A DNA stretch of 38,586 bases from a virus (lineage: Duplodnaviria > Caudoviricetes), in the IMG/VR virus record IMGVR_UViG_3300030330_002763, positions 1-38,586 of that record. One strand, given 5' to 3'. A model generated the notes under the pieces. The model made no database searches, was not told where the DNA came from, and worked only from the letters and a program-made list of their open reading frames with translations. The position numbers were made by a program, and so were the translations under genes. How positions within the stretch are numbered: the first letter of the stretch is position 1; the number at the start of each line of letters is the position of its first letter. Below, one piece after another: positions 1-6,603 of this stretch.

Positions 1-384
1 CGGTTGATGGTCATCTATGGGTCGCCCAGTAGTATCTTCCCCTTGGTAAGTATCGTAGTTACAGATATTTACAGTAAGTCCCGATGGGTCGCCCATATAT
101 TCAACCGTACCTAACTCCATTAGTTTTGCGAGTCCTCGCCTTATTTGGGGCCTACTATACGTCTCAGTACGAAAACCAGACTTCCAAGATAGGCCATTTT
201 GTAGGTCTTTTATTGTACCATTCCATTGTCCTCGGTCAACCCCATATTTGTCATCCTTCTTCTTTCTAGTTTGCCAACCAGCATTCATCAAGAGCCATAT
301 AAATAACTCTCTTACAACCGGAGCTGACCGATAGACATCACTTCTCATTATTCTTCTTCTTAATTTTATGTATGACTCTGCCAA
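1..384 (-). CDS. Phage replication initiator / replisome organizer, N-terminal part (runs off the window start)
   Basis: Not in the ORF track. Manual translation from TTG at 384: MAESYIKLRRRIMRSDVY...ELFIWLLMNAGW...VDRGQW...YSRPQIRRGLAKL...TVNICNYDTYQG, with no stop before position 1. YIKLxR, xRGQ and TIxNYDxYQ-like motifs are typical of phage initiator winged-helix N-termini. Confidence 0.8.
   Translation of the reverse strand, partial: MAESYIKLRRRIMRSDVYRSAPVVRELFIWLLMNAGWQTRKKKDDKYGVDRGQWNGTIKDLQNGLSWKSGFRTETYSRPQIRRGLAKLMELGTVEYMGDPSGLTVNICNYDTYQGEDTTGRPIDDHQP
17..95. repeat. Two 12-bp direct repeats ATGGGTCGCCCA (17-28, 84-95) inside the initiator gene; possible iterons
   Basis: Exact repeats seen in the sequence, each quasi-palindromic (TGGG-TCG-CCCA). 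The position within the initiator gene is analogous to lambda O iterons. Confidence 0.45.
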
Positions 385-499
385 TTCCTATATCGCTCCA
401 TTAAGTCATCAATTGCTTTTGGTATAAGAATAAGAGAGCCTACCACAATCATTAAGCTCGTAGCAAATATCCAAAAGTTTAAAAGTAGTATATGTATAT

Positions 500-697
500 T
501 CACTTGTCCTTATCCTCCTCTTTCATTTTTATTGCACCTAATATCATTGCATATTTTTTAAACTCAGCTCGAATCTTTTTAAGCTCAGTTCGTATGTGCA
601 TTTTCATTAAAAAGTAAAACGGTATTATGCAGACTACTGCAATGATAACGTCAAATGCTTGAGTCTGTAATATTTCCAGTATGTAATATTTGACCAT
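500..697 (-). CDS. Small membrane protein, hypothetical
   Basis: ORF track; hydrophobic stretch VIIAVVCIIPFYFL; overlaps the upstream gene as expected in an operon. Confidence 0.6.
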   Translation of the reverse strand: MVKYYILEILQTQAFDVIIAVVCIIPFYFLMKMHIRTELKKIRAEFKKYAMILGAIKMKEEDKDK

Positions 698-869
698 ACT
701 CTGGCCTCCAGTATTCTATTTGTGAACGATGATGTTCTTCTTGAATTAGTTGTTCTTCATATAAACATTTTTCTGAACAGTATTTATTATGCTCGTCCCC
801 TATTTCATATGTACCATCATCTGGTAGAAAATCATTATCGCACATTGGGCATTGTATTTTATCCATCAA
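651..869 (-). CDS. Small zinc-finger protein
   Basis: CPMC...YCSEKC cysteine pattern; overlaps both neighbours. Confidence 0.7.
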   Translation of the reverse strand: MMDKIQCPMCDNDFLPDDGTYEIGDEHNKYCSEKCLYEEQLIQEEHHRSQIEYWRPEYGQILHTGNITDSSI

Positions 870-1308
870 AACGCTCGAAATATCTTAAAGGTATGTAAGC
901 CATAGGCTCTATATCATTTGACCGTTTACGGTCTGTTCTACCACCCCATTTAATTATAATCTCATCACTATCATTGTATCGCCAGACATAAAGGGAATCG
1001 ATAAACTGGACATATAGAAATACTGGTTTGTTAAATGTATCGTGTATCTCTTTTATACCTAAATATTTATAGGCTGATACCATCGGGGCATCATATTTAG
1101 TAGACTTAAAATACCTACATTTTATTTCACCAAAACATCTTAATGTACCAGTACTGTCAAATGCAGCGAAATCAACGTGGTAATTCATTTTTAATTTTTT
1201 TACGGTAAGGTTATATCTGTTTTCTATCTTTTCGCAGACCAGTTTTTCTGGCCCTAAAAATGGTTTTTCTAAATCTTGTTTTTTATAATTCTTCGAGAGG
1301 GCAATCAT
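859..1308 (-). CDS. PD-(D/E)XK-fold endonuclease-like protein
   Basis: E...VDF...EIKCR core and C-terminal GGRTDR..DIEP..YIP motif, common in phage nucleases. Start position uncertain. Confidence 0.7.
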   Translation of the reverse strand: MIALSKNYKKQDLEKPFLGPEKLVCEKIENRYNLTVKKLKMNYHVDFAAFDSTGTLRCFGEIKCRYFKSTKYDAPMVSAYKYLGIKEIHDTFNKPVFLYVQFIDSLYVWRYNDSDEIIIKWGGRTDRKRSNDIEPMAYIPLRYFERFDG

Positions 1309-1362
1309 TGTTGTTTGACAACCGATGTTGGAGGATTACTGGTTAGTCGTGACTGCCCTCTC
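1295..1362 (-). promoter_or_regulatory. Long-loop hairpin downstream of the SSB gene
   Basis: GAGAGGGCAATCA (1295-1307) and TGACTGCCCTCTC (1350-1362) form a 13-bp stem on the minus-strand RNA with one G-U pair. Confidence 0.6.
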
Positions 1363-1372
1363 ATCTTTGCAC

Positions 1373-1867
1373 CTAAAACGGTAATTCATCTCCGATGAGT
1401 TCATTAACGATTTTTAGTGCTGACTCCAAATGCACTTTAGCCTCATTAAGACCAGCGTTTGTAGATGGTTGCGAAGTCCCTACTGCACCCGGAGCAAAGG
1501 GTGCTGGTGCTGGTGTTGATTGTAGTTGTGGTTGAGGCGTTGGTTGTGCTACTGGAGCTGCTGGTGGGGGAGTACCTCCCGGTTGCCCACCAAACAATTC
1601 TGTGGCAGTTTGCCCGTTAACAGTAAAATGAGTCTTACCATCTGGCCCTACTCTTTTACCAATGTTAACTGGTACATTAGCTTTTACACCAATATGCTCG
1701 CACATTTTTAGCAAGGTTGCTGATGCTTGTACATACTGGCCATCGGTAGTCTGCCACTTATTATTGCCGAACTTATCAGTATACGGCCCATCATAGGTGA
1801 AGACACATTGTACCGGAGGAGCTGGCTCGACCGGTATGTCTTTCCTAATCCATTGTTGTTCTGTCAT
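1373..1867 (-). CDS. ssb: Single-stranded DNA-binding protein-like
   Basis: Beta-rich N-domain, Pro/Gln-rich linker and acidic-aromatic C-terminus GDELPF; directly follows the exonuclease gene. Confidence 0.65.
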   Translation of the reverse strand: MTEQQWIRKDIPVEPAPPVQCVFTYDGPYTDKFGNNKWQTTDGQYVQASATLLKMCEHIGVKANVPVNIGKRVGPDGKTHFTVNGQTATELFGGQPGGTPPPAAPVAQPTPQPQLQSTPAPAPFAPGAVGTSQPSTNAGLNEAKVHLESALKIVNELIGDELPF

Positions 1868-2706
1868 TTAGACTCCTTATTCTGTTTAACTAAGCTAAAT
1901 TTTCTTCTGGGTAGATATCCAAATTTGATAACTGGAACCTTAAATTCGTTTACATACCAATCACAATAATTAAGATATCGCTCTGGATTAGCATCAATCA
2001 TCTTGAAACTATAATTTGGTTTTTTTCGATAATCTTTTTTCAAATACAGTACACCAACTTTGGTGCATTTATATTCTTCTGGAGCGTAATAAGTATTGTA
2101 GATATGAGCATATCCTAGTCCTTGTATCCAATGGTAGTCGTGAGCAGTACCAGTTTTATTATCTACTAGGACAATTTCTGTTTCCCCGGTCTTCTCATCA
2201 GTTATTTTATATAACTGGTCTGTACGTCCGGCAAATAAATGTTCTTCATTATATAGCTTAAATTCAGAGCCAATGCATACTGGTTGAAACTTATCATACC
2301 AAGCAAAAAAACTTTCCATATACCGTAAGCAGCTATTAATTATAGTTGTCTTATTAGACTCTAATCTCCAGCCTATTTTTTCTTGTTCCATTAGAGCTAT
2401 TTCAAACCAGACATCATCAATAGTTTGGCCTTGGAATAATAAATCAATCGCATCGTGAACTAAATTCCCGGGAACTATTGCAGTATCAGATAGCATCTTA
2501 TGCCAGTATCCAGATTTAACACCCCATTCAAATAACCCCGGGCCTTTTGGGTAAGCCACGTTAAGACCCGAGGTCATTGACATTCTATAAGTGGGTTCCG
2601 GATTGCTACTATCGTAATACCATCGATGACCGTTCATCATCTTGGTTTTGATACTATCTTGCTTGTTGAGTATGTCGACTATATTAGTCGGATATGGATT
2701 GACCAT
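1864..2706 (-). CDS. PD-(D/E)XK exonuclease (lambda-exo/Cas4-like recombination nuclease)
   Basis: GNLVHDAI, SEFKL, FAGRTD, VLVDNKTG and Q..GY motifs of RecB-like PD-(D/E)XK nucleases. Confidence 0.85.
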   Translation of the reverse strand: MVNPYPTNIVDILNKQDSIKTKMMNGHRWYYDSSNPEPTYRMSMTSGLNVAYPKGPGLFEWGVKSGYWHKMLSDTAIVPGNLVHDAIDLLFQGQTIDDVWFEIALMEQEKIGWRLESNKTTIINSCLRYMESFFAWYDKFQPVCIGSEFKLYNEEHLFAGRTDQLYKITDEKTGETEIVLVDNKTGTAHDYHWIQGLGYAHIYNTYYAPEEYKCTKVGVLYLKKDYRKKPNYSFKMIDANPERYLNYCDWYVNEFKVPVIKFGYLPRRKFSLVKQNKESK

Positions 2707-2884
2707 TCTTCAGACCCCTAACATATTTGTTCCAGTCATCTAAAGAAATCAGCCATTTCAGACCCATTTGGAAAGCACCTTGGATTTCGCCCTTGGATAT
2801 TCTATTATATATAGTGAGATATGATAGACCCGTAGCACGTTGCAAATCCTTAATCTGTAAATACGGTACGACTTGTCGTTTCAT
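2684..2884 (-). CDS. Excisionase/MerR-like HTH DNA-binding protein
   Basis: YLQIKDLQRATGLSYLTIYNRISKGEI..AFQMG.KWLI is a Xis-type winged HTH pattern. ATG at 2884 is preceded by AAGGA (the ORF track uses TTG 2908). Confidence 0.8.
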   Translation of the reverse strand: MKRQVVPYLQIKDLQRATGLSYLTIYNRISKGEIQGAFQMGLKWLISLDDWNKYVRGLKNGQSISD

Positions 2885-2909
2885 TTGATTCCTTAGTATG
2901 TGTATCAAA

Positions 2910-2939
2910 AACCTATAAATACGAAAGTAATTGTGTCAA
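2910..2939 (-). promoter_or_regulatory. Sigma70-like promoter for the replication operon
   Basis: Minus strand TTGACA (2939-2934), 18-nt spacer, TAGGTT (2915-2910), just upstream of the HTH gene RBS. Confidence 0.6.
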
Positions 2940-3009
2940 GATAAAAATTTAAATAGTACTATAAAACTCATAACATATGTAACAAATGTTTTATAAACCA
3001 TAAATAGAC

Positions 3010-3219
3010 TGTGACATAAATGTGACGTTGAAAGAATATAAATAGATATAAAACTATATAAATGTTTATAAAACAAATGTTACATACCCTCGAAAGGCTC
3101 TACCCTCGATAAACATAAAATTAGTACGCTGCACTCGAAAGATAGTGCATAAATTAGCTTTTGCTCCTCGGTAGATTGTTAATTTGACTAAAATAAATGT
3201 GTCGTAACTGTGACGTTAC
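3010..3219 (+). repeat. Two pairs of TGTG(A/T)C(G/A)T direct repeats with 11-bp period flanking TACCCTCGA repeats; candidate attP or regulator-binding region
   Basis: TGTGACATAAA-TGTGACGTT (3010-3029) and TGTGTCGTAAC-TGTGACGTT (3198-3217); TACCCTCGA at 3085 and 3101; AT-rich non-coding gap between the HTH and lysin genes. Confidence 0.5.
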
Positions 3220-3234
3220 TTTATTTTACTAAGT

Positions 3235-3301
3235 GGCCCCAGTCATTGCAACCGGGGCCATTCACCTTTAAAGAAAGGATAATTTCTGTAGAAAAAGGTG
3301 A
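3235..3301 (-). terminator. Two tandem hairpins ending the late operon
   Basis: TCACCTTT/AAAGGTGA (3262-3269, 3294-3301) and GGCCCCAG/CCGGGGCC (3235-3259) directly after the endolysin stop. No strong U-tract, so termination is inferred. Confidence 0.55.
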
Positions 3302-3309
3302 GGTCTAAA

Positions 3310-3726
3310 TTAACCTCTTATTTCAAAGTGAACAAGGTCATCGAACCGTTGGGTCTTATCAGCTCGTTTAGTACGTCCACTAAATCTTTGGTCTTGATTC
3401 CAGTCTCCACCCCAGCGAATAGTATAGCCTAATTTTTTACTAGCCATTTGCATCATACCAGCTAAGTAGTAGAAATCTTTTGTTGCCTCAAAGTCTATTG
3501 GATATGCAGCTATATCTACTGCTCTGCCAAGCTGATGATTACTTTTTCTGGTAACCCCATCTAGTTTGGATTTGCCATCGGCAAACAATTTTCGTTGTCT
3601 TTCAGCCGAACGTAATCCCTCAATAATAGTAATATCATAATGCTTGACAACTTCCTCTAGTACTTCTCTAAGGCGAGAATCAACACCTCTAAGTCTTTCT
3701 TTACTTCTTCTGCCGAATCTAGGCAT
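3310..3726 (-). CDS. Endolysin, peptidase M15 family (L-Ala-D-Glu peptidase-like)
   Basis: EGLRS..RQ, SNH..GRAVD, IRWGGDW and D.VHFE zinc-peptidase motifs. Confidence 0.92.
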   Translation of the reverse strand: MPRFGRRSKERLRGVDSRLREVLEEVVKHYDITIIEGLRSAERQRKLFADGKSKLDGVTRKSNHQLGRAVDIAAYPIDFEATKDFYYLAGMMQMASKKLGYTIRWGGDWNQDQRFSGRTKRADKTQRFDDLVHFEIRG

Positions 3727-3896
3727 TAGAGCTTTTTCATTAATGATGACTTAACGATACCCCAGATAGCTAACATAATCTTTCTCTCTACCTTTTCAGA
3801 GAGTAGAGGTATGTCTATAGATTTATTCCAGCCATCTATTACTTCGTCTCTTACTTCATCAGATAATAACTCTGCTGCTATAAGTTCTTTTAACAT
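3726..3896 (-). CDS. Small hypothetical protein (56 aa)
   Basis: Manual translation MLKELIAAELLSDEVRDEVIDGWNKSIDIPLLSEKVERKIMLAIWGIVKSSLMKKL; AAAGGA upstream; TAATG coupling to the endolysin start. Confidence 0.75.
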   Translation of the reverse strand: MLKELIAAELLSDEVRDEVIDGWNKSIDIPLLSEKVERKIMLAIWGIVKSSLMKKL

Positions 3897-3911
3897 TCCA
3901 TTTTTCCTTTA

Positions 3912-4145
3912 TCACAGTATCCCCCTCATCAGTATATTTATAATTATGGGAACAAATAGAATAACGATTCCTCCCCAAGTTAAAATTTTTGTCAATTGGT
4001 TTTCGTGTTTAGCCACCTTACCATTTAATTCTTTTAGATGCATTTCAATTTTATCTACACGATTAAAAATAGTCCTTTGTCTTTCATTTAATTGTGTAAG
4101 TAGCTTTATAACTTGCTCCCTATGACTTTCAGTTCGCACATCCAT
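3912..4145 (-). CDS. XhlA-like / holin-like membrane protein
   Basis: Coiled-coil N-terminus with one C-terminal TM helix (ILTWGGIVILFVPIIINIL), next to the endolysin. Confidence 0.65.
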   Translation of the reverse strand: MDVRTESHREQVIKLLTQLNERQRTIFNRVDKIEMHLKELNGKVAKHENQLTKILTWGGIVILFVPIIINILMRGIL

Positions 4146-4450
4146 TATTGTCTAAATCCTCCATTAGATAGCTTGGCCTTTATAAATGAAAGGTCGTCAC
4201 TTATCTCCCTCCAAAATTCTTCTCTTTTCTCATCACTTCGATTTAGTCTATCTATAAGTTTTACATTTATACCCATACTAGAATCCAGTACTGATTCCAT
4301 TTTGTGAATACTTTGTTTTATTTCTTCTAGGTCTTCCGATTGAGCTTTGTTTATATTTATAAGATTTACAATTGTAAAGGCAAGCAGCATAAAGCAAAAG
4401 CCGGCTGCTCCTAACTGGATGTATATATCTGCTATTTCTTGCATTTCCAC
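4145..4450 (-). CDS. Membrane protein, possible holin
   Basis: N-terminal TM (LGAAGFCFMLLAFTIV) then coiled coil; lysis region; TAATG coupling to the next gene. Confidence 0.6.
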   Translation of the reverse strand: MEMQEIADIYIQLGAAGFCFMLLAFTIVNLININKAQSEDLEEIKQSIHKMESVLDSSMGINVKLIDRLNRSDEKREEFWREISDDLSFIKAKLSNGGFRQ

Positions 4451-4523
4451 CTCGCCTCACGATTCACCCAATATGTATGACCCATAATTTCATCATCCAT
4501 CCACTTTTCTTCAACCCACCATT

Positions 4524-4868
4524 TTATTTCTTTTTCTTTTTTCGCCAGCTTAATGGATTTAGGTTTAACTCTTTTTGAAACCAAGCGAGCTGCTCTTCCA
4601 TTTCCCTTACTTTCACAACATCCTCTTGTATGTGTTTGTCTACTAACTCGGATAATTGACTTTGGGCCTCGGATAAGTTTCTTTCTAATTCGTTTAATTT
4701 TGTTTCTAATCGGTAGTAGGAGTAAACCAACATTCCAACGAGCATTAGGATTTGTATTAACCATTTTATATTTATGTTTACTTGGAACGAATCATCAATT
4801 ACGGTTCCATTAAAACTTCTAGCTCCTCCTTTGTACTCGTTTTCTTCCATTTTTTTTAAGTCCATCAA
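4524..4868 (-). CDS. Single-TM coiled-coil protein (lysis-associated or spanin-like, tentative)
   Basis: TM WLIQILMLVGMLVYSYY followed by a coiled coil; alternative start ATG 4850. Confidence 0.65.
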   Translation of the reverse strand: MMDLKKMEENEYKGGARSFNGTVIDDSFQVNINIKWLIQILMLVGMLVYSYYRLETKLNELERNLSEAQSQLSELVDKHIQEDVVKVREMEEQLAWFQKELNLNPLSWRKKKKK

Positions 4869-5013
4869 CAGACGTGGTAGATTGCCAGTCTATAAATGCT
4901 AAATATCTATTCGATGTTGGGTTCGCCTTATCAAGAGAAATGCCCATAAAAGCTAAATTAGAGGCACTTTTTTTTGGCAGTTTTAAATTTTTTATGCATA
5001 TCGCCAATTTCAT
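4819..5013 (-). CDS. Hypothetical protein
   Basis: ORF fills the gap between neighbouring minus-strand genes. Confidence 0.45.
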   Translation of the reverse strand: MKLAICIKNLKLPKKSASNLAFMGISLDKANPTSNRYLAFIDWQSTTSVDGLKKNGRKRVQRRS

Positions 5014-5019
5014 TCAAAA

Positions 5020-5172
5020 TTACCCCATTCTTGATGCTCTGGCATTATCTACCAGATTTGGATATGGTCTTCCAGCTTTTTTTGCCATTCTTCTAGCCAT
5101 AGCTTTTTGCTTTGGTGTTAGCTTTTTACTTTTCTTTTTTGGATTTTTCTTTTCCCAGAATTTCTTTTTCAT
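5020..5172 (-). CDS. Small basic protein (50 aa)
   Basis: Manual translation MKKKFWEKKNPKKKSKKLTPKQKAMARRMAKKAGRPYPNLVDNARASRMG; ATGA overlap with the upstream gene. Confidence 0.75.
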   Translation of the reverse strand: MKKKFWEKKNPKKKSKKLTPKQKAMARRMAKKAGRPYPNLVDNARASRMG

Positions 5173-5444
5173 CTGCAATTACATCTCCACTTTCGTAATG
5201 CCTTATTTATTCTAGAGTTTGGGTCTCTAGCAGTTTTGGCACTTGTTAATCGTTTCTTCATTCCACACATTCTAGCACAAAATGACTTTCTTCTTTTCTT
5301 AGCTTTTCCTTTTGGGTTTTTACTTGTTACTGGTGCTTTAAGATTTCCACCAGTAGCTCGATTGTATGAGGCCCGACCTTTTTTATTTAATCCTCCAGAT
5401 TTTGATTTGCCAGCTTTACGCTGCCAAGCTGGTGTTTTTGCCAT
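5169..5444 (-). CDS. Conserved basic phage protein (DUF6321-like, tentative)
   Basis: GGLN.KGRA.YN..TG.NLKAPV...RRKSFCARM...SRINKALRKW pattern recognised from marine phage late regions. Confidence 0.75.
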   Translation of the reverse strand: MAKTPAWQRKAGKSKSGGLNKKGRASYNRATGGNLKAPVTSKNPKGKAKKRRKSFCARMCGMKKRLTSAKTARDPNSRINKALRKWRCNCR

Positions 5445-5656
5445 TACGTTAACTCCTCAATAAATCCGGAATCTGATTTTAACTTTGCTACCTCGTCATC
5501 ATCTTCGCATATAAAAGTAGCAATGCAATTATCGTCCTCAATATTCTCTTCCATATTTTCGTATGAAAAAAAATCTTCTGTACCCGGTTCTAAGTTCACT
5601 TCGTCAAACTCATCGGTATATGTTCTTAACTTTACTCTAGCTATAATCTTTTTCAT
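5444..5656 (-). CDS. Small acidic hypothetical protein
   Basis: ATG 5656 with TAATG coupling at both ends; D/E-rich. Confidence 0.7.
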   Translation of the reverse strand: MKKIIARVKLRTYTDEFDEVNLEPGTEDFFSYENMEENIEDDNCIATFICEDDDEVAKLKSDSGFIEELT

Positions 5657-6603
5657 TATGAGAAAAAACCCCTCCACCACCATACTCTAACATCTGGATT
5701 AGATGCAAACCTTGGTATCCATAATCGTACACCAAATAAATCATTATGATTACTGTCGGTGGCTTGTGCCGTTAGTGTATCATTTACAAATACTTTTAGT
5801 TGATTACTAGATGCAGTAGGTGTCCAAGATGCTTTTACTTTTCTTGGAGCATTCGTAGCTGATACAGTTGTTAAATGGGAATTGCTACCGTTTAATCTTC
5901 TGGTAATCCTTACCGAACCTCTGGGACTATCCATAAACATCCAGATACGATAATTATTATTAGATACAAACGGGTTATTGCTACCACCTCCACTAGTTGC
6001 ACTAACAGTTTCAAAATGTAATAATAAATCTTTGTTGCCGGCATTATTATCGCAATACATTTCTACATTCCAAGTACCAGTAAAATTTGCACTTGCTGGG
6101 AATCCTTGGGATGGGCCAATTCTTATATAAGGATGAGTACTATTATTGTCTGGAGCATAATAATAACCATCGCTTGAGTTAAATACAAAATCATTTACCT
6201 CGTATGGTGGCCGTTTAGTAAATGTATTGCTTTTAGAATCTGTAAAGTTTGACATATTTACTGCATATGAACCAGATGCATCTTGGTTAGCAACGCTAGA
6301 ACCTTCGCCAGCAAAAGATGGTCTGCTTGATGATGTTGCTTGTGATGCACTCGTTAAATAAAAATCATCAAAGAAAACACCGTTAAAAGCAGTAGGCCCA
6401 CTACTAGCACTATGGTTGTACCCATAGAATTCACTCATACTATGAGGAGCTGAACCATCTGGTCTATCACTAGATGCAGTATTTATTGTTGCAATAGTCC
6501 CGGTACTAGCATCCTCTAAAGATGTAGATTTATTGTTATTGACACCTAGCTCAACTCCAATATCAGCATTTAATTTTATTGGCCCAGAACTATTTATAGC
6601 CAT
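5656..6603 (-). CDS. Tail fibre tip / receptor-binding protein
   Basis: Likely start MAINSSGPIKL (ATG 6603) with a ...SMSEFYGY N-terminal module typical of adhesins that follow chaperone-bearing fibres; beta-rich C-domain. Confidence 0.65.
   Translation of the reverse strand: MAINSSGPIKLNADIGVELGVNNNKSTSLEDASTGTIATINTASSDRPDGSAPHSMSEFYGYNHSASSGPTAFNGVFFDDFYLTSASQATSSSRPSFAGEGSSVANQDASGSYAVNMSNFTDSKSNTFTKRPPYEVNDFVFNSSDGYYYAPDNNSTHPYIRIGPSQGFPASANFTGTWNVEMYCDNNAGNKDLLLHFETVSATSGGGSNNPFVSNNNYRIWMFMDSPRGSVRITRRLNGSNSHLTTVSATNAPRKVKASWTPTASSNQLKVFVNDTLTAQATDSNHNDLFGVRLWIPRFASNPDVRVWWWRGFFS

Noticed and set aside
1864-2706. Cas4 as evidence for a CRISPR system
   Set aside because: No Fe-S cysteine cluster pattern and the context (SSB, HTH) fits a phage recombination exonuclease.
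4432-4764. Embedded Rz1-like o-spanin
   Set aside because: No signal peptide or lipobox; only the 3' part of this frame is kept, as a possible frameshift extension.
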